A DNA stretch of 60,867 nucleotides, counting the filler. It is 6 parts of 6 records of this genome, joined end to end, with 100 filler letters (N's around TTAATTAATTAA, not from the genome) between each part and the next. Parts side by side here need not be neighbours in the genome. Positions count along the whole stretch, not along the records: positions 14,817 to 38,578 come from SRR31156797_16523; 5 more parts are not named here. One strand, given 5' to 3'. Under the pieces are notes generated by a model that saw only the letters and a list, made by a program, of their open reading frames with translations, was not told the origin of the DNA and searched no databases. A program made the position numbers and the translations under genes. Shown here one piece after another: positions 18,461-30,763 of this stretch (the stretch's first letter is position 1; each line of letters starts with the position of its first letter).

Positions 18461-20239
18461 TTATTTTTCCCCTGAATCACAAAAGTTTTCAAATTGCATC
18501 TGATACAGGCGTTTATACAGAGGGCATGATTCGAGTAAGTTGTCGTGTTTACCCTGAGCCACAATCCGGCCCTTTTCCATGACCACTATAACATCTGCGG
18601 ACATAATCGTCGATAATCTGTGTGCGATGACAATCGAAGTCCTATCCTCTATCAAATTATCCAGTGCTTTCTGGACAACTCTTTCGGATTCGGTATCCAG
18701 TGCGCTTGTGGCTTCATCCAAAATGAGAAGACTCGGGTTTTTCATTATGGCGCGAGCAATGGTCAGGCGCTGTTTTTGTCCACCAGATATTTTGACGCCG
18801 CCTTCGCCGACTACAGTGTCGTAGCCTTCGGGCATTTTCATGATGAATTCATGAGCGAACGCACCTTGTGCTGCTTGAGTGACTGTTTTTGTGTCGTATT
18901 CATCCTGCGCATAAGCGATGTTTTCTGTTACGGAAGCATTGAACAGAAATGTGTCCTGTGAGACCAGACCGAGATTGAGACGCAGGCTGTCCAAAGTGTA
19001 ATCTTGAAGTGATGTGCCATTGATTTTTATGTCGCCCTGTTGGGCCAGGTAAAATCGCGGAATCAGGTTGACCAGTGTGGTCTTGCCAGATCCGCTGGGA
19101 CCGACAATGGCCACACGCTGTCCTGCCTTGATAGAGAGAGAAAGGTCCTGGATCGCAGGTTCCGATGTATTCGGATAGGTAAAACTGACATTGTTGAAAG
19201 TAAGCTCTTTGAGTGTGCCACTAAAGGCGATGGTGCCATCCTTTTCAGCCAGAATATCTGGTGAATCAAGAATGTCGAAAACACGTTCTGCGCCTGCAAG
19301 CCCTCCTTGAATCTGATGGTTGGAGGCGTTAAGTTTTTTGATGGGGTCATACAATTGAACGAGACAGACGAGGAACGCCGTGAGGTCGCCCGGAGACATC
19401 AAACCGTTGATGACGCGGCTGCCGCCGACCCAAAGAACGGTTCCACCAGCCACGGCAGCAATAAGATCCATGATTCTTGAAGATCCTTCACTGTAGAGGA
19501 TACGGCGAATAATCATTCTTGTCAGGTTGTTGTTTTCCTTGTTGAATTTTGATTCTTCACGGAGTTCATTGGCAAAGGCCTTGATAACTTTGATGCCTGA
19601 AAAGCTTTCTTCAAGAACAACGTTGATGCCTGAAAGTTCGGCTTGCATTTTGCGGCCGTATTTGCGGATTTTCTGACCGAAAAAGACAAACGGGTAGATC
19701 GCTACAGGCATGACAATCAGGCTCCAGAAAGCCAGATATGCATCAAGATAGATGGTTGTGCCGATCAGACCTATCAGGGTGAAAACTTGTCTGACAAACA
19801 TGATTCCGCTGGGCAGACAGACGCGGACTGCAACAACATCGGCCACGATTCGGCTCATGAGCATGCCGATTTCACTTTCAGCAAAGTAGGGCATGGGAAG
19901 GCGGATTATTTTCTTGAAAAGGTCATGACGCAAGTCTCGCAATACAAGTATGCCTGTTGCGTTCATCACGTAAACCTGTCCCAATTGAAGCATTCCCTTG
20001 AGAATTATGAGACCAGCAAATCCATATATGCAGAGTTCTAAGGTGTTTATATCTTTGGCTATAAGTACTTCGTCCGTAATGAATTTGGTCAGCCAAGCCA
20101 GGGCAGGAGCGATTGGCGCGTACAAAAGCATGGCGATAATTGCAAGGACGACACGTCCTTTGTATGGACCGAAATAGCCGATGCTGCGTTTGAGCAGGTA
20201 TCGGTTACTCATTTTATGGAGTTTAACTTTTTGAGCCAA
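18461..20239 (-). CDS. msbA: MsbA-type ABC exporter (lipid A flippase)
   Basis: 6-TM domain plus NBD with GPSGSGKT, ISGGQKQR, DEATSALD. TTG start with a GAGGAG RBS. Confidence 0.8.
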   Translation of the reverse strand: MAQKVKLHKMSNRYLLKRSIGYFGPYKGRVVLAIIAMLLYAPIAPALAWLTKFITDEVLIAKDINTLELCIYGFAGLIILKGMLQLGQVYVMNATGILVLRDLRHDLFKKIIRLPMPYFAESEIGMLMSRIVADVVAVRVCLPSGIMFVRQVFTLIGLIGTTIYLDAYLAFWSLIVMPVAIYPFVFFGQKIRKYGRKMQAELSGINVVLEESFSGIKVIKAFANELREESKFNKENNNLTRMIIRRILYSEGSSRIMDLIAAVAGGTVLWVGGSRVINGLMSPGDLTAFLVCLVQLYDPIKKLNASNHQIQGGLAGAERVFDILDSPDILAEKDGTIAFSGTLKELTFNNVSFTYPNTSEPAIQDLSLSIKAGQRVAIVGPSGSGKTTLVNLIPRFYLAQQGDIKINGTSLQDYTLDSLRLNLGLVSQDTFLFNASVTENIAYAQDEYDTKTVTQAAQGAFAHEFIMKMPEGYDTVVGEGGVKISGGQKQRLTIARAIMKNPSLLILDEATSALDTESERVVQKALDNLIEDRTSIVIAHRLSTIMSADVIVVMEKGRIVAQGKHDNLLESCPLYKRLYQMQFENFCDSGEK

Positions 20240-20389
20240 AATATCTCCTCGGATATCACTATGTGGCGTAGGACCGCCGCGGATTTTTCAAATAAGGCGT
20301 TGGGGCTTCATAGTATAGGATAATAAGAAAGTGAAGGCTGACCAATGAAGTCAGTCTTTATCGTTGTAGGACGTAGAGCCGTTAAGTGA

Positions 20390-21022
20390 TTAGCTTACAT
20401 GGGCGTAATTGGTGTCGTTTAAGTGTGCGCGTGCGGCCCGTGTGAATTCGCGTTGTCGTCTTTCGAGTTCAAGATAAGCTAAATCGCGCGACGTGTCGCA
20501 GTAGAAAAAACCATCAGATGCTATTTGTGGATAGATTGTGTCATGAAGGTTTTGAGGGGCAAATTGAAAGCGTTCAACATCTGCATCAAAACCCGTCTTG
20601 GAAAAACGCCATAGTTTATCTGCATCTCTGACTAATCCTTCATTTTTTGAGATGAAGCCTTGCCGTGTGTCGTGTTCGGCTATGATCTCGACGATCTCGG
20701 TTATTAGGTCTTTTGGGTAGTTGACTTGCTGCAAAACTTGCTGGGCAATTTTGACGCCTTCTTCCTGATGTCGGAGACGGACTGTCATTTCTTCTTCTGG
20801 GGTTTTGTCAGGGCTGAAAACCACTTGCCATTCAGCGCGTGATAACTGACTCCACCCTGTGTCATGTAAAATGATGGCGGGTAATACAACGTCTTGATTG
20901 CCGTTTTCCAGATCAACCAGTTGCTTGGCAAATTCCAGAGTAATGAAGGCATGCCCTGCATCGTCTCTTTTATCTTGATAAGGAAGAGCTATGTCCCAGA
21001 TGTTAGTGTGGATTTTATTCAT
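20390..21022 (-). CDS. HD-domain metal-dependent phosphohydrolase
   Basis: H...AIILHDTG...HQEEG...EHD...RDADKL. Confidence 0.85.
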   Translation of the reverse strand: MNKIHTNIWDIALPYQDKRDDAGHAFITLEFAKQLVDLENGNQDVVLPAIILHDTGWSQLSRAEWQVVFSPDKTPEEEMTVRLRHQEEGVKIAQQVLQQVNYPKDLITEIVEIIAEHDTRQGFISKNEGLVRDADKLWRFSKTGFDADVERFQFAPQNLHDTIYPQIASDGFFYCDTSRDLAYLELERRQREFTRAARAHLNDTNYAHVS

Positions 21023-21493
21023 AACTTTAAAAAATAATCTTTTATTTAGGGTTGTTATGCCTTTTAGTTAGGCGATATGTTGTCTGTAAAAAAAGTCCTT
21101 ATGTGGGAATTGATTTCATGTCAATTCAGAGCCGTGAGTGAAGATATTTAAATAATGATTGTCGTTAATAGGTTTTTGCTTTTCTTTTTTTTTGCAAGCG
21201 TTTTTCCCCCTTGTCTTTTATGTCCTTTTTTTTGCCAGACTTGGTATGGAATGTTTTTTATTCTTTTATTCCATAATATCAGCGTATTAATGGGTTTATT
21301 TGTAGGAGCAGAGCGGTGGAAAACTGTGAATATCTAAAATAGTTATCAACAGCATGCTGTGGATAAAAATGATAAATCTGTAATAAACATAAAAAACACC
21401 GATAGTTGATTTTATCAGCGAGTTTAAGGGGTTTAAGGTGACTAATCTTACTATCCACATGACAACATCTTGGTTTATTAACCTTTTTTCGGA

Positions 21494-21522
21494 TTGACTA
21501 AAAAATGCGCGATATGTATAAA
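21494..21522 (+). promoter_or_regulatory. Sigma-70 promoter of the adhesin gene
   Basis: TTGACT-N17-TATAAA about 100 nt upstream of the ATG. Confidence 0.65.
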
Positions 21523-21620
21523 GTGTGTCGAATCTTAAAAGTTTTTTGAACTGCTCGAATTATTCGAATTGCTTGTACAACTCATATTCCATGCTCAAAT
21601 ATTCCCAACTGGAGGACCTC

Positions 21621-24600
21621 ATGGCTGACCCCAAGACTCAAATGCTTCAAGTCTCTCTCCCCGGCGCAGGACAGACAACCACCTATCAGATGACCGCTGA
21701 TGTTCCCGTCAAATTTACTTTTGATATTTCCGAAGCCGTTTTTACCGGCAACAACGGTAATCTTACGATTGCCATTGAAAATGGTGGTACGGTTGTTCTC
21801 GAAAATTATCAGGCTCTCGTAGATGCGGGGTCCATGCCTATTTTTGAAATGCTGGATGGAGAACAAGTTGCCGGTGATGTGTATCTCTTCGCTTTTGCCG
21901 ACGGCGTTGATGGCGCTGATGCCGGGTTGGAGACCGCAGGTGATGCCAACGGTGGCGGGTCCGGTGCAGGTGAGTACTCTGATGATCCCGGTCAGATCGG
22001 TGATGGGGTTGATGCTTTGGGCGGACAGAGTGATGCATATGCCAGTCGCGCTTTGACAGCTGTTTCCGGGGCGGCGGGAGATAATACAAATCCCATAGCC
22101 AATGACGATTTTAATGAGATCACTGAAATAGGTGATGCCGATTTTAACGGGAGTGAGCACGTCACTTTCGTGTCTGAGGAAGAAGAACTTTACGATAGCG
22201 ACCTTGAAGGTGATTTTTTTAGTCTTGGTGAGGAAGGCAAAGGCTTTGTCGTCAATTATCAAACTGATGGTCCACAAATTCAAGAACCGATTGAAGGCAA
22301 TGTCATTGATAATGATTTCGATCCTGACGCCTCAGACTCTAATGATACATTGCTTATGCACTCCATCGATTACGATGGCGTTGATTCCACAGGTCAGAAC
22401 CCTGGCCCGGTCGAGATTCCGTCAACCGGGCAGACTGTTGAAGGGCTGTACGGGACTTTGGTTATTCAATCTGATGGTTCTTATATATATACATTAAATG
22501 AAGACTTGGCTGATAGCCTTGAAGAAGGCGAAGATTACGACGAGGTTTTCAATTATACTATCGAAGATCCTTCCGGTTCGGTGAGCAATCAGGCCAGTTT
22601 GACCATTACGGTTCATGGTTCTAACGATGCGCCGACGGCCGTGGCTGATACAAACGTGCAGGCTGTTGAGCATGGAGATTCTGACGGACCTTTCCCATAC
22701 ATTGATACTGAACAAACAGGACTTTCCGACGGAGAAGAAGAGTATCATCCCTATTCCGAAGGACCGTATAATGCTTCCGGCAACGTTTTGGAAAACGATT
22801 CGGACGTTGATGACAACGACATGGTCAATGAGCCCGGTGAAGAATCCGGTCTTTTCGTCATGGGTGTTTATTCAGAACATCCTTCGGATAACATCGACGA
22901 TCAGCTTGATTATGATGCCTCGCTCGTGAACGGTGGTTTAGAGGGAGCGGTTGAACCTTCACAGGCTTCATTCACCGTTCAAGGTCACTACGGTTCTTTG
23001 ACCATCAATAATGATGGTTCATATACGTATACATTGGATAATGATGGTGAGAATGCTGATCTTGAGGCATTGAATTATGATAATTCCGGTACGGATTCTT
23101 TTACATACGCGATTATGGATGACTCCGGTGCCCTGAGTTATGCCAACCTCACCTTTACAGTGAACGGTGCCAACGATGCTCCCGAGGCGTTTTCTGATGC
23201 GAATTCAATTCGTGAATTCGGGCATATCTTCGAAGATGTTGAATATATCGGTACGGTAACTGGTAATGTTATCACTGATGTGAATGCCGATGGCGATGTG
23301 GATTCTGATGCAGATGATACACAGATTTTTGTTGAAACCATTAGCCATGGTGACAATACTCAGGCTGTTTATGACTATGACGGTACCAATGAATATGTCG
23401 ATATTGACGGTGATTACGGTACACTGAGGGTCTGGGAAAACGGCGAGTATGAATATACTCTTGATAATGAAAATGGCGCTGTTAATGCCCTTGATGATGG
23501 CGGAACTCTTACTGAGACTTTTTCTTACGTTACCACGAATGATTGGCAGGATGGCGTTAGCAGCGACTCGGCTGATCTGACCATTACTATTAATGGTACC
23601 AACGACGCTCCGATCGCAGTGAACGATGTTAATACTGCCTCTGAAGCCGTTGATGATGCCGCTTTGGTCCCAGCTACCGGCAATGTACTTACAGACGCAG
23701 TGACCGGTGATTCTGATGTTGACACTGGTGACGTTCTGCATATCGCCGGAATCCAATACGGTTCCGAGTTCGTTAACTCCTTTGATGCAGAAGGTAATCT
23801 TGTCATTGTCGGTACCTACGGTACTTTGAAGATTGATGCTGACGGTAATTACACCTATGAGGCGGATCAAGATGCAGCCAATGAGTTGGCCGCTGGCAGT
23901 GACCCGGTTGACGATGTCTTTACGTACAGCGTGACCGATGGCGATGTCACGAGTACCGCTACATTGACCATATCTGTCTCAGGCGTAAACGATTCCGCAA
24001 CTATCTCTGTTGCTGAAGGTGTTATGAATGACGAAGGCGTGGTTATCGCTTCTGTCAACGAGACGGATGACAATGCAAATACTCTCGAAGATCTGCCTGA
24101 TGGCGCTCAGTATCAGTCCGGTAGTGATGTCGTTGAACCTGATGGTGGGAATTTGACCATCGGGGGGGCTCTTGAAGTGAGTGATCCTGATGTTCATGAA
24201 GTCAATCCTGATCCCTCGGTTCTGGGCAACACCAATCCTGATATTGAAGATACTTTCCAACCGCTGACTGACGCACCGGGCAGCAATGGTTACGGCACGT
24301 TTACCATTAATGCAGATGGCGACTGGACGTATACGGCCAGCAATGATCAGGCCGCGATCCAGCAGCTTGGCGACGGCGAAAGCTTGACGGACTCCGTAAC
24401 GGTTACTTCTCACGACGGGACGGCAACACAGGTCATTACCGTAACGATTAACGGCACCAACGATGCTCCGGTTATCACCAATGTCTCTGCTCCGGTGGAA
24501 GATTTTGAGGACGGCGCTGATGGTTGGTTGGTCAATGGTGGAGATGTCCCTGTTACTGAGACTGATGGACCGTTGACTGATTACCTTGGCCGCCTTGGTG

Positions 24601-27600
24601 GTAACGATACCCTGACCAAGACTTTTGCAGTTGCCGACGGCACTGACACCATGACCATAGAGTTTGATCTTTATGAAATTGACTCTTGGGATAACGAAAA
24701 CTTCATTATGTCTGTCAACGGTGATTCCGCTGAAATCAATTTGGGACACAACGATGCTTTGAACGGAACCATTTTGTCTTGGCGCGGAATTGACGGTGAG
24801 ATTACAGATGGTACATTCACCGGTCCCAATGGTGTGACTTTCACGGTTACACCGATGACTGGCGATGCTGAAAATCTGGAGCCTGGCGATACTTGGCAGT
24901 GGGGTACTGATCAGATTCACCATGTGACCATCACTATCCCGAACCCGGATGGTCAGGTAGATCTTGAATTTTCCGCTGATTTGGATAGCCATCTCAACGA
25001 CGAATCCTTTGGTATTGACAACTTGGCTGTCAGCTCAGTTGATGCTGATGGCAATCCTATCTTCACGGTTGTTGAAAACGTGACAGGTTCCGTTGCTGTT
25101 GCAGAACTGGCCTCCAGCGACATGGAAGGACAGGATGTGCATTACGTCATCAACAAGATCGAGATTTCGGATACCGAATATGTCGAGCTTGGTGCTGACG
25201 GCCAATATTACGATCAAGATGGTAACCCGGTTGATAGCGCCGATCTCATGTTCGCTATCGATGGGAACCAGGTTGTGACCGCAGACGGTGCGACCTTCGA
25301 TTACGAAGCAAACAATCAGTACACCATCTCCGTATCCCCAGTGGACTCGCAGGGTGGTGTTGGGCAGTCCGTTGATATTAATGTCCAGATTGGCAATGTG
25401 AACGAAGCTCCGAGCGGCGAGGACTTCACCATGACCGTCGGTCTTGACGGTGGTTCAGTCGACTTCCTCGGTGCAGACGGATCAGAAGGTGGTATTGGTG
25501 ACAACGCCGATCATGTTTCTGATCCAGAAGACGATGCTGATGCTCTTGACGTTATGATCACCGAGCTGCCCACGGGCGGCAAGTTGATGTACAACGGTCA
25601 GGAAGTGACTGAAGACGATTTGGCAAGCGATGCTGATGGCGACGGGATTATCGACGGCAACGGCACTCAGTTTGATCTGAATGGTTTGACCTATGTTCCT
25701 GACTCCGACGGCATTGACGGTGTGCTCCTTGGTTCTCGTCTTACAGGTGATGCAACTCTTGATAACTGGGGTGAGGCCGATGGTTTGAATCGGGTTATGG
25801 ACCTTGGTGATGGTGTCTCCGTAACCACCAGCGTGACCAGTGATGGAGTAGCTGCTGAACTCCAGCAGTTCCATGGACAGGCAAATCATATAGGATTTGG
25901 TATCGCTGATGCCACTGGTAACGGTGGTAATGACAAGGGCCTCAATGCTGGGCCAGATAGACCCGGTAGTGACGAACTGACCGTGAGTTTTAATGGCGCA
26001 ACCGTTTCATACGCAGAAATCGGCTTCGACGGTTTGGGTGGGCATTTTGATCCTGACGCAAATGGTTATCAGAATGCGACTGCAGAATGGACCGCGTACC
26101 TGAACGGTGAAGAAGTGAACTCCGGCTCTGTTAGCAGCGACGGAGACTTGTTCAATTCCATCACGGTCTCTGGTTTTGAATTCGATACAATAGTTTTTAG
26201 CACCGCTTCCGATGCAGATGGTTCTAACTGGGAACTTCGCTATATTGATGCAGAGTTCACCGATACTGATTCCTTTGATTACATCCCTGTTGATTCCGGT
26301 CAGCCTGGTAACGACGGCGCATTGGTTGATCCCGATGGAGCCTCCACAGTTACCATCAACATCCAGCCTGACGGCCCTGTGAATCAGGAAGTCGAAGCGG
26401 CAGATGATTTCTTGACCATTAATGAAGACGATACAACGGCGACCGGTCTGAACGTCGGCGACAATGATATCGATCTTGATAATACGCTTGGTGAACTTGA
26501 GTTCTCCCTCGATAACCCGGCCGATGCCCCCGAAGGTTTGACCTTCAATCCGGATGGTTCCTACACCTTTGATCCGTCTTTCTATCAGTCTCTGGCAGCA
26601 GGCGAAGTCTATGGTGACGGCCCCATTAAGGTCGATTACACGGTATTTGATGGAGAGACTCACTCTAAGGCCTCTCTTTACATTACCATTACCGGTTCTA
26701 ACGATACTCCGACTTTGGACCTGTCAGCCGATGCTGATGGTTTCAACTTTGCTGATACATATGTTGAAAATGCAGCTCCGATTTCCATTACGGGTGATGC
26801 GGATATCGCTGATGTGGACCATAACGCAATGGTTTCCAAGGCGACTGTCTCCTACACTCCGCTTGAGGATGCTGACGTAACTGCTCTTGATTTGAATCTG
26901 CCTACGGGTTGGGATGCTACAAGTTCTGTTGATCCTGTTACCGGAGAAATAACTTGGACGATCACTGGTCCCAACGGTGATGATATGACCATGGGTGATT
27001 TTGAGTCCGTCCTTGATGGCATTACCTTCGGCAATGCAGCTGATGAGTCTCCGCTTGATGGGGACAGAGAATTCACCATTACAGTCTACGACGATCAGGG
27101 TGAGGCCAGTAATTCCGCAGTTTCTACCATTACGGTAGAATCCGAGAATGATGCTCCGACTCTCGACCTCTCAGCCGGTACAGTGACCTTCGAAGGTCAT
27201 ACTGCCGGCTACCATAACATGATTGGTGTTTATGAGATGGTTGACGGTAAGCCCGTGAATCCTGAAATCATTATGGAAGATGTGCAGGATGCAAATGTTG
27301 GCGATGTTCTCACCACATTTGGTGACGGTCAGGACCTCCATTACTTCCTGGTTGATGTTGGATACGGTTCCACTCCTACCGGAACCCCTGAGTTTGTGTG
27401 GGATGCAGCCAACAATGAGTGGGATATCTCTTTTGATGGTGGCACAACGACTCAGAACGTTCACTTTGACGATGCAACGTTGAATCCGAATGACTCTGAA
27501 GCTACCTTTGGCGATAGTCTTAATAATAACAATGACATTGAAGTCGATGATCAGCAGAGTTCTGTTGATGACGACGATTTTGATGACGTCCTTGCCGATG

Positions 27601-30578
27601 AGAATCCTGGCGCGGCTGGCGCGGATCATGGCGCGACCTTTACTGAAGGTGACGCTCCGCTCTCGGTTACCGGTGCCGTGGACATCTCTGATGTTGATTC
27701 TGATACCATCACCAAGGTTGAAATTACCTATACACCAGAAGAGCATGATGCTCTGGATGTTGACCTCGGTTCCTTTGTTGATGAAGGGACTGTTACCAAT
27801 TCTGATGGCAGCGTGACCTGGACAATCTCCGGCGATGCTTCCAAGGCTGATTACGAAGAATTGCTGCAAAGTCTGACCTTCGAGAATGACTCAGAGACAT
27901 TACAAGACGGTACGCGTGAAATAACCATCCGTGTGAATGACGGCGAAGACTGGAGTAATCCGGCTCAATCCACCATTACGGTGGTTGGCGTAGATGATCC
28001 GACCAGCATTACCGATCACACAGATGGAGCCGTTCATGAAGATGCTCCTGCTGATTTGGATGGAAATGGTTTCCTGATTGAGTCCGGCAGTGTCACTTTC
28101 TCTGACGCTGACGGCGACGGTGCCATGGACACCACACACATTGATGCAGTGGATGCAAACGGTAACGTATTGTCGACTGCGAATGTCGGAACATTGACCA
28201 TTAATGATGCCGGAGTATGGGAGTACAAGATTGATAACTCCCTGCCTGAAGTTCAGAATCAGGATAGTGGTGAGAGTTTCGACGAGTACTTCCGTGTCTA
28301 CACTGAGGATGGTAACGACTTCACGGATATCAAGGTCACCGTTAATGGTGAAGACGACAATAGAGCCCCTAACGCTGTAAACGATTTGGCTGGTGGAGCA
28401 GACACTTCAGCAACTGAAGGCGGAATCAGTACCTCTACCAACCCGTCTGATTACATGCTTATCGTGGATACATCTGGGTCCTTGAGCCATACAGCAATGG
28501 CTCAGACGCAGACAGCTCTTACTAATATGCTTCATACTTTGCAGGGGAGTTTGGCTGATGGTGCTACATCCAAGGTGAGCATCATCAATTTCTGGGATAG
28601 GACTGATATCGACACCTTCACCCTTACTGGTGGAGACTCAACTGCTTACGATGCTGCTGTTGGCTTTATTGGAACGTTTGCCCCTGGCGGTGGTACTGAC
28701 TATACGGCAGCATTCCGGGCCGCTACGGCTTTACTTGGTCCAGATCCTGATCCGACTCAAGTTATCTTCATGTCTGATGGCGAACCTACGGAAGGTGGAA
28801 ACGGTTGGAAGAATCTGATTACTCCCATACAGGATAATCCAGATGTCAATCTCATTGCCGTTGGTGTCAATATGCCTGCTCAGTACAAAGGGAATATGGA
28901 CCTTATCGATGAAGGAAATGACGCTTCCATGTTGGATGGCAACGGTTTAAATGGCCTGCTTCAGGACGTTTTGTCCCAGACGACCATTCCGGCCACGACC
29001 GCTGAAGGCAACGTGTTGACCAATGACTCCGATCCCGATGGCGATGTTTTGAGTGTCATTTCCATCACTAATGATACAGAGACAGTAGACCTCGTAGACA
29101 GCACTAATGACGGTGTAGACAATCCGTCTGCAACCATTGTTGGTACTTACGGTACATTGACCATTAATGGTGATGGTTCTTACGAGTACACACCGGATCA
29201 GGCTGCCGCAAATGCTTTGAATCAAGGCGATTCCGAAACCGAGTCCTTCACCTATACCATTTCCGATGGTAACGGCGGAGAGGCCTCGGCAACGGTCAGC
29301 TTCGAAGTTAACGGTGCCAATGACGCGCCTGTGGCGATTAATGACAGTTACCATGGTCTTGTTGTCGAAACGCATACGGATGTGGTCACCGATTGGAATG
29401 CCGCAGACCACAATGCGACATACTCGGCGAATGGCATGACCTTTACGGCCAAGTCTCAGGGAGATTCGTCTGTCTGGCTGGACTCGCGAGATGGTGGTGA
29501 TGACCTTGGTGTTAATAATGGGCCGTCTGACAATAGCAACAAGATTGACAGCTCTGGACAACGTGATTCGCTTTTGGTCGAATTCGCCGAAGGCAAGGAT
29601 TCAGTGACTATCGAGTTAGGGAGTTGGGGCAATAATGATGATGCTCGGATCTACATCAATGGTGTTAATTGGGGGCGTTACTCCAACAATTCCGATACGT
29701 TTACCTTGACAGCTGCAGGTGACAATGGTGGCGTGCCGATTGAATCAATTGAGATCATGGCTGTGAAGCATGGTTCTCATAGCTACTTCACCCTTGATAG
29801 CATTGAAGCATCGACTTATTCCGTTAGTGGAGAAGCGGGAGCTTCCGGTGATGTCCTGGCTAACGACTTTGATGTCGATACTGGCGACACCCTGAGCGTC
29901 ATTGATGTCAACGGTGCCGATGTGAGTGCAACTGGTCAGACCGTGATTCATGGGGACTACGGTGATTTGACTATCGAAGCCGATGGTTCTTATGACTACG
30001 CTCTTCATGATGGTTGGCAGGACCTTGACCACACGGTTACCGAGACCTTCGAGTACACGGTGTCTGACAGTCATGGTGCGGTTGATGTGGCGAATCTTGA
30101 GATTCCGATTCACGTCAACGCCAATGTTGTCACCGATGTGACGGCCGACACCGCGACGGGTGAATTCGTCATGAACGGAACGACTGGTGAAGACCTCATT
30201 TACATCGCGGACGACGCCACTATGGTGAACCTGACAGATGGCGGCGACGATACCATTATCGTTGATCCTGATTACATCGGTACAGCTGGTGGCGACATTA
30301 CGGTTTCCGGTTTCGGTGACGGCGACGAATTGGTCCTGAATGATATGGGTGACATGTTCATCTCCATCGACCACTCTGGGAATGATACAGTTTTGACCAT
30401 CAATGAAGGGGCTGGCGATGTGAATCCCGGTGATGATTATACCATCACTTTGACGGACTACTCACTCCACGGCGTCGATCAAATGGATTTGCCGACTGGT
30501 CACATGGATATCTCCAGCGACCACGAGTCCTTGAATTCCTTGATTCAGACCATCATTGATTCACCTGACAAGAACTAA
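21621..30578 (+). CDS. Giant (~2985 aa) T1SS-type surface adhesin (LapA/BapA-like) with VCBS/Ig/cadherin-like repeats and a vWA domain
   Basis: GGAGG RBS before ATG 21621. Repeated YGTLxIxxDGSYxY...TITVNGxNDAP units, MIDAS motif DTSGS near 28470, Gly/Asp RTX-like C-terminus, very acidic, no Sec signal. Confidence 0.9.
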   Translation: MADPKTQMLQVSLPGAGQTTTYQMTADVPVKFTFDISEAVFTGNNGNLTIAIENGGTVVLENYQALVDAGSMPIFEMLDGEQVAGDVYLFAFADGVDGADAGLETAGDANGGGSGAGEYSDDPGQIGDGVDALGGQSDAYASRALTAVSGAAGDNTNPIANDDFNEITEIGDADFNGSEHVTFVSEEEELYDSDLEGDFFSLGEEGKGFVVNYQTDGPQIQEPIEGNVIDNDFDPDASDSNDTLLMHSIDYDGVDSTGQNPGPVEIPSTGQTVEGLYGTLVIQSDGSYIYTLNEDLADSLEEGEDYDEVFNYTIEDPSGSVSNQASLTITVHGSNDAPTAVADTNVQAVEHGDSDGPFPYIDTEQTGLSDGEEEYHPYSEGPYNASGNVLENDSDVDDNDMVNEPGEESGLFVMGVYSEHPSDNIDDQLDYDASLVNGGLEGAVEPSQASFTVQGHYGSLTINNDGSYTYTLDNDGENADLEALNYDNSGTDSFTYAIMDDSGALSYANLTFTVNGANDAPEAFSDANSIREFGHIFEDVEYIGTVTGNVITDVNADGDVDSDADDTQIFVETISHGDNTQAVYDYDGTNEYVDIDGDYGTLRVWENGEYEYTLDNENGAVNALDDGGTLTETFSYVTTNDWQDGVSSDSADLTITINGTNDAPIAVNDVNTASEAVDDAALVPATGNVLTDAVTGDSDVDTGDVLHIAGIQYGSEFVNSFDAEGNLVIVGTYGTLKIDADGNYTYEADQDAANELAAGSDPVDDVFTYSVTDGDVTSTATLTISVSGVNDSATISVAEGVMNDEGVVIASVNETDDNANTLEDLPDGAQYQSGSDVVEPDGGNLTIGGALEVSDPDVHEVNPDPSVLGNTNPDIEDTFQPLTDAPGSNGYGTFTINADGDWTYTASNDQAAIQQLGDGESLTDSVTVTSHDGTATQVITVTINGTNDAPVITNVSAPVEDFEDGADGWLVNGGDVPVTETDGPLTDYLGRLGGNDTLTKTFAVADGTDTMTIEFDLYEIDSWDNENFIMSVNGDSAEINLGHNDALNGTILSWRGIDGEITDGTFTGPNGVTFTVTPMTGDAENLEPGDTWQWGTDQIHHVTITIPNPDGQVDLEFSADLDSHLNDESFGIDNLAVSSVDADGNPIFTVVENVTGSVAVAELASSDMEGQDVHYVINKIEISDTEYVELGADGQYYDQDGNPVDSADLMFAIDGNQVVTADGATFDYEANNQYTISVSPVDSQGGVGQSVDINVQIGNVNEAPSGEDFTMTVGLDGGSVDFLGADGSEGGIGDNADHVSDPEDDADALDVMITELPTGGKLMYNGQEVTEDDLASDADGDGIIDGNGTQFDLNGLTYVPDSDGIDGVLLGSRLTGDATLDNWGEADGLNRVMDLGDGVSVTTSVTSDGVAAELQQFHGQANHIGFGIADATGNGGNDKGLNAGPDRPGSDELTVSFNGATVSYAEIGFDGLGGHFDPDANGYQNATAEWTAYLNGEEVNSGSVSSDGDLFNSITVSGFEFDTIVFSTASDADGSNWELRYIDAEFTDTDSFDYIPVDSGQPGNDGALVDPDGASTVTINIQPDGPVNQEVEAADDFLTINEDDTTATGLNVGDNDIDLDNTLGELEFSLDNPADAPEGLTFNPDGSYTFDPSFYQSLAAGEVYGDGPIKVDYTVFDGETHSKASLYITITGSNDTPTLDLSADADGFNFADTYVENAAPISITGDADIADVDHNAMVSKATVSYTPLEDADVTALDLNLPTGWDATSSVDPVTGEITWTITGPNGDDMTMGDFESVLDGITFGNAADESPLDGDREFTITVYDDQGEASNSAVSTITVESENDAPTLDLSAGTVTFEGHTAGYHNMIGVYEMVDGKPVNPEIIMEDVQDANVGDVLTTFGDGQDLHYFLVDVGYGSTPTGTPEFVWDAANNEWDISFDGGTTTQNVHFDDATLNPNDSEATFGDSLNNNNDIEVDDQQSSVDDDDFDDVLADENPGAAGADHGATFTEGDAPLSVTGAVDISDVDSDTITKVEITYTPEEHDALDVDLGSFVDEGTVTNSDGSVTWTISGDASKADYEELLQSLTFENDSETLQDGTREITIRVNDGEDWSNPAQSTITVVGVDDPTSITDHTDGAVHEDAPADLDGNGFLIESGSVTFSDADGDGAMDTTHIDAVDANGNVLSTANVGTLTINDAGVWEYKIDNSLPEVQNQDSGESFDEYFRVYTEDGNDFTDIKVTVNGEDDNRAPNAVNDLAGGADTSATEGGISTSTNPSDYMLIVDTSGSLSHTAMAQTQTALTNMLHTLQGSLADGATSKVSIINFWDRTDIDTFTLTGGDSTAYDAAVGFIGTFAPGGGTDYTAAFRAATALLGPDPDPTQVIFMSDGEPTEGGNGWKNLITPIQDNPDVNLIAVGVNMPAQYKGNMDLIDEGNDASMLDGNGLNGLLQDVLSQTTIPATTAEGNVLTNDSDPDGDVLSVISITNDTETVDLVDSTNDGVDNPSATIVGTYGTLTINGDGSYEYTPDQAAANALNQGDSETESFTYTISDGNGGEASATVSFEVNGANDAPVAINDSYHGLVVETHTDVVTDWNAADHNATYSANGMTFTAKSQGDSSVWLDSRDGGDDLGVNNGPSDNSNKIDSSGQRDSLLVEFAEGKDSVTIELGSWGNNDDARIYINGVNWGRYSNNSDTFTLTAAGDNGGVPIESIEIMAVKHGSHSYFTLDSIEASTYSVSGEAGASGDVLANDFDVDTGDTLSVIDVNGADVSATGQTVIHGDYGDLTIEADGSYDYALHDGWQDLDHTVTETFEYTVSDSHGAVDVANLEIPIHVNANVVTDVTADTATGEFVMNGTTGEDLIYIADDATMVNLTDGGDDTIIVDPDYIGTAGGDITVSGFGDGDELVLNDMGDMFISIDHSGNDTVLTINEGAGDVNPGDDYTITLTDYSLHGVDQMDLPTGHMDISSDHESLNSLIQTIIDSPDKN

Positions 30579-30593
30579 TTAATCAAAATGTAC

Positions 30594-30632
30594 AACCCCG
30601 GATTCGGCATTTGCCGAGTCCGGGTTTTTTTT
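30594..30632 (+). terminator. Terminator of the adhesin gene
   Basis: CCCGGATTCGGCA-TT-TGCCGAGTCCGGG followed by T8. Confidence 0.85.
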
Positions 30633-30674
30633 GTTTCTCATATCTGGTGTATTGTTTTGCTATAAATGACAGAC

Positions 30675-30708
30675 AAAAAGGCCCGGAAGGAAAACCTTCC
30701 GGGCCTTT
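30675..30708 (-). terminator. Terminator of the RpiR operon
   Basis: AAAAAGGCCCGGAAGG-AAAA-CCTTCCGGGCCTTT. Confidence 0.85.
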
Positions 30709-30763
30709 AAGCATTGATTGATCGGGATATCCGTGTCCTAGGAAGGAAACGGTCGATTCTTTG

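Noticed and set aside
18461-20239. ABC exporter as the T1SS ATPase for the adhesin
   Set aside because: It has MsbA size and motifs, no C39-like domain, no HlyD/TolC neighbours, and is transcribed away from the adhesin.
21023-21620. c-di-GMP riboswitch or the 60-aa ORF 21155-21337 upstream of the adhesin
   Set aside because: No GEMM-type consensus was recognised, and the ORF is a low-complexity product of T-rich DNA.
22080-30120. Recurring AACGATGC/GACGC-type motifs as a CRISPR or DNA repeat array
   Set aside because: They encode the NDAP protein repeat, with irregular long spacing, and no cas genes are present.
21582-30374. Long antisense ORFs inside the adhesin and other genes (e.g. 23979-24992, 47985-49124, 45325-46176)
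   Set aside because: Shadow frames from codon bias, with no recognisable motifs.
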